DNA of 64,000 nucleotides from Eledone cirrhosa (taxonomy: Eukaryota): the NCBI GenBank assembly GCA_964016885.1, contig OZ024762.1, positions 30,132,001 through 30,196,000 of the forward strand, in the 5' to 3' direction. Position 1 is the first letter of the stretch. Every line of letters starts with the position of its first letter. The translations under genes were made by a program, and so were the position numbers. Shown one piece after another: positions 1-12,700 of the stretch. The notes under the pieces were generated by a model. The model worked only from the letters and a program-made list of their open reading frames with translations, made no database searches and was not told where the DNA came from.

Positions 1-1139
1 CATTTATGTTCATGGTATTAGCTGTCAGAAGTAACTCCACTGTTGGTGAGAATTCATTTAAGTTCATGGTATTAGCTGTCAGAAGTAACTCCACTGTTGG
101 TGAGAATTCATTTAAGTCATGGTACTAGCTGTCAGAAGGAACTCCACTGTTGGTGAGAATTCATTTAAGTTCATGGTATTAGCTGTCAGAAGGAACGCCA
201 CTGTTGGTGAGAATTCATTTAAGTTCATGGTATTAGCTGTCAGAAGTAACTCCACTGTTGGTGAGAATTCATTTAAGTTCATGGTACTAGCTGTCAGAAG
301 TAACTCCAATGTTGGTGAGAATTCATTTAAGTTCATGGTATTAGCTGTCAGAAGGAACTCCACTGTTGGTGAGAATTCATTTAAGTTCATGGTATTAGCT
401 GTCAGAAGTAACTCCACTGTTGGTGAGAATTCATTTAAGTTCATGGTACTAGTTGTCAGAAGTAACTCCACTGTTGGTGAGAATTCATTTAAGTTCATGG
501 TATTAGTTGTCAGAAGTAACTCCACTGTTGGTGAGAATTCATTTAAGTCATGGTATTAGTTGTCAGAAGTAACTCCAATGTTGGTGAGAATTCATTTAAG
601 TTCATGGTACTAGCTGTCAGAAGTAACTCCACTGTTGGTGAGAATTCATTTAAGTTCATGGTATTAGCTGTCAGAAGTAACTCCACTGTTGGTGAGAATT
701 CATTTAAGTCATGGTATTAGCTGTCAGAACTAACTCCATTGTTGGTGAGAATTCATTCAAGTCATGGTACTAGCTGTCAGAAGTAACTCCACTGTTGGTG
801 AGAATTCATTTAAGTTCATGGTATTAGCTGTCAGAAGTAACTCCACTGTTGGTGAGAATTCATTTAAGTTCATGGTACTAGCTGTCAGAAGTAACTCCAA
901 TGTTGGTGAGAATTCATTTAAGTTCATGGTATTAGCTGTCAGAAGGAACTCCACTGTTGGTGAGAATTCATTTAAGTTCATGGTATTAGCTGTCAGAAGT
1001 AACTCCACTGTTGGTGAGAATTCATTTAAGTTCATGGTACTAGTTGTCAGAAGTAACTCCACTGTTGGTGAGAATTCATTTAAGTTCATGGTATTAGCTG
1101 TCAGAAATAACTCCACTGTTGGTGAGAATTCATTTAAGT

Positions 1140-2430
1140 CATGGTATTAGCTGTCCGAAGTAACTCCAATGTTGGTGAGAATTCATTTAAGTTCATGGTA
1201 TTAGCTGTCAGAAGTAACTCCACTGTTGGTGAGAATTCATTTAAGTTCATGGTATTAGCTGTCAGAAGTAACTCCACTGTTGGTGAGAATTCATTTAAGT
1301 TCATGGTACTAGCTGTCAGAAGTAACTCCACTGTTGGTGAGAATTCATTTAAGTTCATGGTATTAGTTTGTCAGAAGTAACTCCACTGTTGGTGAGAATT
1401 CATTTAAGTCATGGTATTAGTTGTCAGAAGTAACTCCAATGTTGGTGAGAATTCATTTAAGTTCATGGTACTAGCTGTCAGAAGGAACTCCACTGTTGGT
1501 GAGAATTCATTTAAGTTCATGGTATTAGCTGTCAGAAGTAACTCCACTGTTGGTGAGAATTCATTTAAGTCATGGTATTAGCTGTCAGAAGTAACTCCAA
1601 TGTTGGTGAGAATTCATTTAAGTCATGGTACTAGCTGTCAGAAGTAACTCCAATGTTGGTGAGAATTCATTTAAGTTCATGGTATTAGCTGTCAGAAGGA
1701 ACTCCACTGTTGGTCAGAATTCATTTAAATCATGGTATAAGTTGTCAGAAGTAACTCCAATGTTGGTGAGAATTCATTTAAGTTCATGGTATTAGCTGTC
1801 CGAAGTAACTCCAATGTTGGTGAGAATTCATTTAAGTTCATGGTATTAGCTGTCAGAAGTAACTCCACTGTTGGTGAGAATTCATTTAAGTTCATGGTAT
1901 TAGCTGTCAGAAGTAACTCCACTGTTGGTGAGAATTCATTTAAGTTCATGGTACTAGCTGTCAGAAGTAACTCCACTGTTGGTGAGAATTCATTTAAGTT
2001 CATGGTATTAGTTTGTCAGAAGTAACTCCACTGTTGGTGAGAATTCATTTAAGTCATGGTATTAGTTGTCAGAAGTAACTCCAATGTTGGTGAGAATTCA
2101 TTTAAGTTCATGGTACTAGCTGTCAGAAGGAACTCCACTGTTGGTGAGAATTCATTTAAGTTCATGGTATTAGCTGTCAGAAGTAACTCCACTGTTGGTG
2201 AGAATTCATTTAAGTCATGGTATTAGCTGTCAGAAGTAACTCCAATGTTGGTGAGAATTCATTTAAGTCATGGTACTAGCTGTCAGAAGTAACTCCAATG
2301 TTGGTGAGAATTCATTTAAGTTCATGGTATTAGCTGTCAGAAGGAACTCCACTGTTGGTCAGAATTCATTTAAATCATGGTATAAGTTGTCAGAAGTAAC
2401 TCCAATGTTGGTGAGAATTCATTTAAGTTC
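1140..2430. repeat. 645-bp (12-monomer) tandem duplication nested in block A (repeated at ~8125-9415 and ~14575-15865)
   Basis: Identical ORFs at 1141 and 1786. CCGAAG, the TTAGTTTG insertion and GGTCAGAATTCATTTAAATCATGGTATAAG each occur twice, 645 bp apart. Confidence 0.92.
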
Positions 2431-2899
2431 ATGGTACTAGCTGTCAGAGGTAACTCCACTGTTGGTGAGAATTCATTTAAGTTCATGGTATTAGCTGTCA
2501 GAAGTAACTCCACTGTTGGTGAGAATTCATTTAAGTTCATGGTACTAGCTGTCAGAAGTAACTCCACTGTTGGTGAGAATTCATTTAAGTCATGGTATTA
2601 GCTATCAGAAGTAACTCCATTGTTGGTGAGAATTCATTTAAGTCATGGTACTAGCTGTCAGAAGTAACTCCACTGTTGGTGAGAATTCATTTAAGTTCAT
2701 GGTACTAGCTGTCAGAAGTAACTCCACTGTTGGTGAGAATTCATTTAAGTTCATGGTACTAGCTGTCAGAAGTAACTCCACTGTTGGTGAGAGTTCATTT
2801 AAGTTCATGGTACTAGCTGCCAGAAGTAACTCCACTGTTGGTGAGAATTCATTTAAGTTCATGGTATTAGCTGTCAGAAGTAACTCCACTGTTGGTGAG

Positions 2900-4510
2900 A
2901 ATTCATTTAAGTCATGGTATTAGCTGTCAGAAGTAACTCCATTGTTGGTGAGAATTCATTTAAGTCATGGTACTAGCTGTCAGAAGTAATTCCACTGTTG
3001 GTGAGAATTCATTTAAGTTCATGGTATTAGCTGTCAGAAGGAACTCCACTGTTGGTGAGAATTCATTTAAGTTCATGGTACTAGCTGTCAGAAGTAACTC
3101 CAATGTTGGTGAGAATTCATTTAAGTTCATGGTATTAGCTGTCAGAAGGAACTCCACTGTTGGTGAGAATTCATTTAAGTTCATGGTACTAGCTGTCAGA
3201 AGGAACGCCACTGTTGGTGAGAATTCATTTAAGTTCATGGTATTAGCTGTTAGAAGGAACTCCACTGTTGGTGAGAATTCATTTAAGTTCATGGTACTAG
3301 CTGTCAGAAGTAACTCCACTGTTGGTGAGAATTCATTTAAGTTCATGGTATTAGCTGTCAGAAGTAACTCCACTGTTGGTGAGAATTCATTTAAGTTCAT
3401 GGTATTAGCTGTCAGAAGTAACTCCACTGTTGGTGAGAATTCATTTAAGTCATGGTATTAGCTGTCAGAAGTAACTCCATTGTTGGTGAGAATTCATTTA
3501 AGTCATGGTACTAGCTGTCAGAAGTAACTCCACTGTTGGTGAGAATTCATTTAAGTTCATGGTATTAGCTGTCAGAAGGAACTCCACTGTTGGTGAGAAT
3601 TCATTTTAGTTCATGGTACTAGCTGTCAGAAGTAACTCCAATGTTGGTGAGAATTCATTTAAGTTCATGGTATTAGCTGTCAGAAGGAACTCCACTGTTG
3701 GTGAGAATTCATTTAAGTCATGGTATTAGCTGTCAGAAGTAACTCCATTGTTGGTGAGAATTCATTTAAGTCATGGTACTAGCTGTCAGAAGTAATTCCA
3801 CTGTTGGTGAGAATTCATTTAAGTTCATGGTATTAGCTGTCAGAAGGAACTCCACTGTTGGTGAGAATTCATTTAAGTTCATGGTACTAGCTGTCAGAAG
3901 TAACTCCAATGTTGGTGAGAATTCATTTAAGTTCATGGTATTAGCTGTCAGAAGGAACTCCACTGTTGGTGAGAATTCATTTAAGTTCATGGTACTAGCT
4001 GTTAGAAGGAACGCCACTGTTGGTGAGAATTCATTTAAGTTCATGGTATTAGCTGTTAGAAGGAACTCCACTGTTGGTGAGAATTCATTTAAGTTCATGG
4101 TACTAGCTGTCAGAAGTAACTCCACTGTTGGTGAGAATTCATTTAAGTTCATGGTATTAGCTGTCAGAAGTAACTCCACTGTTGGTGAGAATTCATTTAA
4201 GTTCATGGTATTAGCTGTCAGAAGTAACTCCACTGTTGGTGAGAATTCATTTAAGTCATGGTATTAGCTGTCAGAAGTAACTCCATTGTTGGTGAGAATT
4301 CATTTAAGTCATGGTACTAGCTGTCAGAAGTAACTCCACTGTTGGTGAGAATTCATTTAAGTTCATGGTATTAGCTGTCAGAAGGAACTCCACTGTTGGT
4401 GAGAATTCATTTTAGTTCATGGTACTAGCTGTCAGAAGTAACTCCAATGTTGGTGAGAATTCATTTAAGTTCATGGTATTAGCTGTCAGAAGGAACTCCA
4501 CTGTTGGTGA
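2900..4510. repeat. 806-bp (15-monomer) tandem duplication nested in block A (repeated at ~9885-11495 and ~16335-17945)
   Basis: Identical ORFs at 2960/3766 and 2967/3773. Variants GTAATTCC, GAACGCC, CTGTTAG and CATTTTAG recur 806 bp apart. Confidence 0.92.
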
Positions 4511-6269
4511 AAATTCATTTAAGTTCATGGTATTAGCTGTCAGAAGTAACTCCACTGTTGGTGAGAATTCATTTAAGTTCATGGTATTAGCTGTCAGAAG
4601 TAACTCCACTGTTGGTGAGAATTCATTTAAGTCATGGTATTAGCTGTCAGAAGGAACTCCACTGTTGGTGAAAATTCATTTAAGTTCATGATATTAGCTG
4701 TCAGAAGTAACTCCACTGTTGGTGAGAATTCATTTAAGTTCATGGTATTAGCTGTCAGAAGTAACTCCACTGTTGGTGAGAATTCATTTAAGTCATGGTA
4801 TTAGTTGTCAGAAGTAACTCCAATGTTGGTGAGAATTCATTTAAGTTCATGGTACTAGCTGTCAGAAGTAACTCCACTGTTGGTGAGAATTCATTTAAGT
4901 TCATGGTATTAGCTGTCAGAAGTAACTCCACTGTTGGTGAGAATTCATTTAAGTCATGGTATTACCTGTCAGAAGTAACTCCAATGTTGGTGAGAATTCA
5001 TTTAAGTCATGGTACTAGCTGTCAGAAGTAACTCCAATGTTGGTGAGAATTCATTTAAGTTCATGGTATTAGCTGTCAGAAGGAACTCCACTGTTGGTGA
5101 GAATTCATTTAAGTTCATGGTATTAGCTGTCAGAAGTAACTCCACTGTTGGTGAGAATTCATTTAAGTTCATGGTACTAGCTGTCAGAAGTAACTCCACT
5201 GTTGGTGAGAATTCAGTTAAGTTCATGGTACTAGCTGTCAGAAGTAACTCCACTGTTGGTGAGAATTCAGTTAAGTTCATGGTATTAGCTGTCAGAAGGA
5301 ACTCCACTGTTGGTGAGAATTCATTTAAGTTCATGGTATTAGCTGTCAGAAGTAACTCCACTGTTGGTGAGAATTCATTTAAGTTCATGGTACTAGCTGT
5401 CAGAAGTAACTCCACTGTTGGTGAGAATTCATTTAAGTTCATGGTACTAGCTGTCAGAAGTAACTCCACTGTTGGTGAGAATTCAGTTAAGTTCATGGTA
5501 TTAGTTGTCAGAAGTAACTCCACTGTTGGTGAGAATTCATTTAAATCATGGTATTAGTTGTCAGAAGTAACTCCAATGTTGGTGAGAATTCATTTAAGTT
5601 CATGGTACTAGCTGTCAGAAGTAACTCCACTGTTGGTGAGAATTCATTTAAGTTCATGGTATTAGCTGTCAGAAGTAACTCCACTGTTGGTGAGAATTCA
5701 TTTAAGTTCATGGTATTAGCTGTCAGAAGTAACTCCACTGTTGGTGAGAATTCATTTAAGTCATGGTATTAGTTGTCAGAAGTAACTCCAATGTTGGTGA
5801 GAATTCATTTAAGTTCATGGTACTAGCTGTCAGAAGTAAGTCCACTGTTGGTGAGAATTCATTTAAGTCATGGTATTAGCTGTCAAAAGTAACTCCATTG
5901 TTGGTGAGAATTCATTTAAGTTCATTGTACTAGCTGTCAGAAGTAACTCCAATGTTGGTGAGAATTCATTTAAGTTCATGGTATTAGCTGTCAGAAGTAA
6001 CTCCACTGTTGGTGAGAATTCATTTAAGTCATGGTATTAGCTATCAGAAGTAACTCCATTGTTGGTGAGAATTCATTTAAGTCATGGTACTAGCTGTCAG
6101 AAGTAACTCCACTGTTGGTGAGAATTCATTTAAGTTCATGGTATTAGCTGTCAGAAGTAACTCCACTGTTGGTGAGAATTCATTTAAGTTCATGGTATTA
6201 GCTGTCAGAAGGAACTCCACTGTTGGTGAGAATTCATTTAACTTCATGGTATTAGCTGTCAGAAGTAAC

Positions 6270-6770
6270 TCCACTGTTGGTGAGAATTCATTTAAATCAT
6301 GGTATTAGTTGTCAGAAGTAACTCCAATGTTGGTGAGAATTCATTTAATTTCATGGTACTAGCTGTCAGAAGTAACTCCACTGTTGGTGAGAATTCATTT
6401 AAGTTCATGGTATTAGCTGTCAGAAGTAACTCCACTGTTGGTGAGAATTCATTTAAGTCATGGTATTAGCTGTCAGAAGTAACTCCATTGTTGGTGAGAA
6501 TTCAGTTAAGTTCATGGTATTAGTTGTCAGAAGTAACTCCACTGTTGGTGAGAATTAATTTAAATCATGGTATTAGTTGTCAGAAGTAACTCCAATGTTG
6601 GTGAGAATTCATTTAATTTCATGGTACTAGCTGTCAGAAGTAACTCCACTGTTGGTGAGAATTCATTTAAGTTCATGGTATTAGCTGTCAGAAGTAACTC
6701 CACTGTTGGTGAGAATTCATTTAAGTCATGGTATTAGCTGTCAGAAGTAACTCCATTGTTGGTGAGAATT
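6270..6770. repeat. ~268-bp (5-monomer) tandem duplication
   Basis: The series AAATCATGG / AGTTG..CCAAT / TTTAATTTCATG / ... / CCATT occurs at ~6295 and again at ~6562. Confidence 0.8.
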
Positions 6771-9700
6771 CATTTAAGTCATGGTACTAGCTGTCAGAAG
6801 TAACTCCACTGTTGGTGAGAATTCATTTAAGTTCATGGTACTAGCTGTCAGAAGTAACTCCACTGTTGGTGAGAATTCATTTAAGTTCATGGTACTAGCT
6901 GTCAGAAGTAACTCCACCGTTGGTGAGAATTCATTTAAGTTCATGGTATTAGCTGTCAGAAGTCACTCCAATGTTGGTGAGAATTCATTTATGTTCATGG
7001 TATTAGCTGTCAGAAGTAACTCCACTGTTGGTGAGAATTCATTTAAGTTCATGGTATTAGCTGTCAGAAGTAACTCCACTGTTGGTGAGAATTCATTTAA
7101 GTCATGGTACTAGCTGTCAGAAGGAACTCCACTGTTGGTGAGAATTCATTTAAGTTCATGGTATTAGCTGTCAGAAGGAACGCCACTGTTGGTGAGAATT
7201 CATTTAAGTTCATGGTATTAGCTGTCAGAAGTAACTCCACTGTTGGTGAGAATTCATTTAAGTTCATGGTACTAGCTGTCAGAAGTAACTCCAATGTTGG
7301 TGAGAATTCATTTAAGTTCATGGTATTAGCTGTCAGAAGGAACTCCACTGTTGGTGAGAATTCATTTAAGTTCATGGTATTAGCTGTCAGAAGTAACTCC
7401 ACTGTTGGTGAGAATTCATTTAAGTTCATGGTACTAGTTGTCAGAAGTAACTCCACTGTTGGTGAGAATTCATTTAAGTTCATGGTATTAGTTGTCAGAA
7501 GTAACTCCACTGTTGGTGAGAATTCATTTAAGTCATGGTATTAGTTGTCAGAAGTAACTCCAATGTTGGTGAGAATTCATTTAAGTTCATGGTACTAGCT
7601 GTCAGAAGTAACTCCACTGTTGGTGAGAATTCATTTAAGTTCATGGTATTAGCTGTCAGAAGTAACTCCACTGTTGGTGAGAATTCATTTAAGTCATGGT
7701 ATTAGCTGTCAGAACTAACTCCATTGTTGGTGAGAATTCATTCAAGTCATGGTACTAGCTGTCAGAAGTAACTCCACTGTTGGTGAGAATTCATTTAAGT
7801 TCATGGTATTAGCTGTCAGAAGTAACTCCACTGTTGGTGAGAATTCATTTAAGTTCATGGTACTAGCTGTCAGAAGTAACTCCAATGTTGGTGAGAATTC
7901 ATTTAAGTTCATGGTATTAGCTGTCAGAAGGAACTCCACTGTTGGTGAGAATTCATTTAAGTTCATGGTATTAGCTGTCAGAAGTAACTCCACTGTTGGT
8001 GAGAATTCATTTAAGTTCATGGTACTAGTTGTCAGAAGTAACTCCACTGTTGGTGAGAATTCATTTAAGTTCATGGTATTAGCTGTCAGAAATAACTCCA
8101 CTGTTGGTGAGAATTCATTTAAGTCATGGTATTAGCTGTCCGAAGTAACTCCAATGTTGGTGAGAATTCATTTAAGTTCATGGTATTAGCTGTCAGAAGT
8201 AACTCCACTGTTGGTGAGAATTCATTTAAGTTCATGGTATTAGCTGTCAGAAGTAACTCCACTGTTGGTGAGAATTCATTTAAGTTCATGGTACTAGCTG
8301 TCAGAAGTAACTCCACTGTTGGTGAGAATTCATTTAAGTTCATGGTATTAGTTTGTCAGAAGTAACTCCACTGTTGGTGAGAATTCATTTAAGTCATGGT
8401 ATTAGTTGTCAGAAGTAACTCCAATGTTGGTGAGAATTCATTTAAGTTCATGGTACTAGCTGTCAGAAGGAACTCCACTGTTGGTGAGAATTCATTTAAG
8501 TTCATGGTATTAGCTGTCAGAAGTAACTCCACTGTTGGTGAGAATTCATTTAAGTCATGGTATTAGCTGTCAGAAGTAACTCCAATGTTGGTGAGAATTC
8601 ATTTAAGTCATGGTACTAGCTGTCAGAAGTAACTCCAATGTTGGTGAGAATTCATTTAAGTTCATGGTATTAGCTGTCAGAAGGAACTCCACTGTTGGTC
8701 AGAATTCATTTAAATCATGGTATAAGTTGTCAGAAGTAACTCCAATGTTGGTGAGAATTCATTTAAGTTCATGGTATTAGCTGTCCGAAGTAACTCCAAT
8801 GTTGGTGAGAATTCATTTAAGTTCATGGTATTAGCTGTCAGAAGTAACTCCACTGTTGGTGAGAATTCATTTAAGTTCATGGTATTAGCTGTCAGAAGTA
8901 ACTCCACTGTTGGTGAGAATTCATTTAAGTTCATGGTACTAGCTGTCAGAAGTAACTCCACTGTTGGTGAGAATTCATTTAAGTTCATGGTATTAGTTTG
9001 TCAGAAGTAACTCCACTGTTGGTGAGAATTCATTTAAGTCATGGTATTAGTTGTCAGAAGTAACTCCAATGTTGGTGAGAATTCATTTAAGTTCATGGTA
9101 CTAGCTGTCAGAAGGAACTCCACTGTTGGTGAGAATTCATTTAAGTTCATGGTATTAGCTGTCAGAAGTAACTCCACTGTTGGTGAGAATTCATTTAAGT
9201 CATGGTATTAGCTGTCAGAAGTAACTCCAATGTTGGTGAGAATTCATTTAAGTCATGGTACTAGCTGTCAGAAGTAACTCCAATGTTGGTGAGAATTCAT
9301 TTAAGTTCATGGTATTAGCTGTCAGAAGGAACTCCACTGTTGGTCAGAATTCATTTAAATCATGGTATAAGTTGTCAGAAGTAACTCCAATGTTGGTGAG
9401 AATTCATTTAAGTTCATGGTACTAGCTGTCAGAGGTAACTCCACTGTTGGTGAGAATTCATTTAAGTTCATGGTATTAGCTGTCAGAAGTAACTCCACTG
9501 TTGGTGAGAATTCATTTAAGTTCATGGTACTAGCTGTCAGAAGTAACTCCACTGTTGGTGAGAATTCATTTAAGTCATGGTATTAGCTATCAGAAGTAAC
9601 TCCATTGTTGGTGAGAATTCATTTAAGTCATGGTACTAGCTGTCAGAAGTAACTCCACTGTTGGTGAGAATTCATTTAAGTTCATGGTACTAGCTGTCAG

Positions 9701-12700
9701 AAGTAACTCCACTGTTGGTGAGAATTCATTTAAGTTCATGGTACTAGCTGTCAGAAGTAACTCCACTGTTGGTGAGAGTTCATTTAAGTTCATGGTACTA
9801 GCTGCCAGAAGTAACTCCACTGTTGGTGAGAATTCATTTAAGTTCATGGTATTAGCTGTCAGAAGTAACTCCACTGTTGGTGAGAATTCATTTAAGTCAT
9901 GGTATTAGCTGTCAGAAGTAACTCCATTGTTGGTGAGAATTCATTTAAGTCATGGTACTAGCTGTCAGAAGTAATTCCACTGTTGGTGAGAATTCATTTA
10001 AGTTCATGGTATTAGCTGTCAGAAGGAACTCCACTGTTGGTGAGAATTCATTTAAGTTCATGGTACTAGCTGTCAGAAGTAACTCCAATGTTGGTGAGAA
10101 TTCATTTAAGTTCATGGTATTAGCTGTCAGAAGGAACTCCACTGTTGGTGAGAATTCATTTAAGTTCATGGTACTAGCTGTCAGAAGGAACGCCACTGTT
10201 GGTGAGAATTCATTTAAGTTCATGGTATTAGCTGTTAGAAGGAACTCCACTGTTGGTGAGAATTCATTTAAGTTCATGGTACTAGCTGTCAGAAGTAACT
10301 CCACTGTTGGTGAGAATTCATTTAAGTTCATGGTATTAGCTGTCAGAAGTAACTCCACTGTTGGTGAGAATTCATTTAAGTTCATGGTATTAGCTGTCAG
10401 AAGTAACTCCACTGTTGGTGAGAATTCATTTAAGTCATGGTATTAGCTGTCAGAAGTAACTCCATTGTTGGTGAGAATTCATTTAAGTCATGGTACTAGC
10501 TGTCAGAAGTAACTCCACTGTTGGTGAGAATTCATTTAAGTTCATGGTATTAGCTGTCAGAAGGAACTCCACTGTTGGTGAGAATTCATTTTAGTTCATG
10601 GTACTAGCTGTCAGAAGTAACTCCAATGTTGGTGAGAATTCATTTAAGTTCATGGTATTAGCTGTCAGAAGGAACTCCACTGTTGGTGAGAATTCATTTA
10701 AGTCATGGTATTAGCTGTCAGAAGTAACTCCATTGTTGGTGAGAATTCATTTAAGTCATGGTACTAGCTGTCAGAAGTAATTCCACTGTTGGTGAGAATT
10801 CATTTAAGTTCATGGTATTAGCTGTCAGAAGGAACTCCACTGTTGGTGAGAATTCATTTAAGTTCATGGTACTAGCTGTCAGAAGTAACTCCAATGTTGG
10901 TGAGAATTCATTTAAGTTCATGGTATTAGCTGTCAGAAGGAACTCCACTGTTGGTGAGAATTCATTTAAGTTCATGGTACTAGCTGTTAGAAGGAACGCC
11001 ACTGTTGGTGAGAATTCATTTAAGTTCATGGTATTAGCTGTTAGAAGGAACTCCACTGTTGGTGAGAATTCATTTAAGTTCATGGTACTAGCTGTCAGAA
11101 GTAACTCCACTGTTGGTGAGAATTCATTTAAGTTCATGGTATTAGCTGTCAGAAGTAACTCCACTGTTGGTGAGAATTCATTTAAGTTCATGGTATTAGC
11201 TGTCAGAAGTAACTCCACTGTTGGTGAGAATTCATTTAAGTCATGGTATTAGCTGTCAGAAGTAACTCCATTGTTGGTGAGAATTCATTTAAGTCATGGT
11301 ACTAGCTGTCAGAAGTAACTCCACTGTTGGTGAGAATTCATTTAAGTTCATGGTATTAGCTGTCAGAAGGAACTCCACTGTTGGTGAGAATTCATTTTAG
11401 TTCATGGTACTAGCTGTCAGAAGTAACTCCAATGTTGGTGAGAATTCATTTAAGTTCATGGTATTAGCTGTCAGAAGGAACTCCACTGTTGGTGAAAATT
11501 CATTTAAGTTCATGGTATTAGCTGTCAGAAGTAACTCCACTGTTGGTGAGAATTCATTTAAGTTCATGGTATTAGCTGTCAGAAGTAACTCCACTGTTGG
11601 TGAGAATTCATTTAAGTCATGGTATTAGCTGTCAGAAGGAACTCCACTGTTGGTGAAAATTCATTTAAGTTCATGATATTAGCTGTCAGAAGTAACTCCA
11701 CTGTTGGTGAGAATTCATTTAAGTTCATGGTATTAGCTGTCAGAAGTAACTCCACTGTTGGTGAGAATTCATTTAAGTCATGGTATTAGTTGTCAGAAGT
11801 AACTCCAATGTTGGTGAGAATTCATTTAAGTTCATGGTACTAGCTGTCAGAAGTAACTCCACTGTTGGTGAGAATTCATTTAAGTTCATGGTATTAGCTG
11901 TCAGAAGTAACTCCACTGTTGGTGAGAATTCATTTAAGTCATGGTATTACCTGTCAGAAGTAACTCCAATGTTGGTGAGAATTCATTTAAGTCATGGTAC
12001 TAGCTGTCAGAAGTAACTCCAATGTTGGTGAGAATTCATTTAAGTTCATGGTATTAGCTGTCAGAAGGAACTCCACTGTTGGTGAGAATTCATTTAAGTT
12101 CATGGTATTAGCTGTCAGAAGTAACTCCACTGTTGGTGAGAATTCATTTAAGTTCATGGTACTAGCTGTCAGAAGTAACTCCACTGTTGGTGAGAATTCA
12201 GTTAAGTTCATGGTACTAGCTGTCAGAAGTAACTCCACTGTTGGTGAGAATTCAGTTAAGTTCATGGTATTAGCTGTCAGAAGGAACTCCACTGTTGGTG
12301 AGAATTCATTTAAGTTCATGGTATTAGCTGTCAGAAGTAACTCCACTGTTGGTGAGAATTCATTTAAGTTCATGGTACTAGCTGTCAGAAGTAACTCCAC
12401 TGTTGGTGAGAATTCATTTAAGTTCATGGTACTAGCTGTCAGAAGTAACTCCACTGTTGGTGAGAATTCAGTTAAGTTCATGGTATTAGTTGTCAGAAGT
12501 AACTCCACTGTTGGTGAGAATTCATTTAAATCATGGTATTAGTTGTCAGAAGTAACTCCAATGTTGGTGAGAATTCATTTAAGTTCATGGTACTAGCTGT
12601 CAGAAGTAACTCCACTGTTGGTGAGAATTCATTTAAGTTCATGGTATTAGCTGTCAGAAGTAACTCCACTGTTGGTGAGAATTCATTTAAGTTCATGGTA

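Noticed and set aside
49-102. Absence of CpG as evidence for methylation-driven decay or a vertebrate host
   Set aside because: With 8 C and 12 G in 54 bp only about 2 CpG are expected, so zero is not significant.
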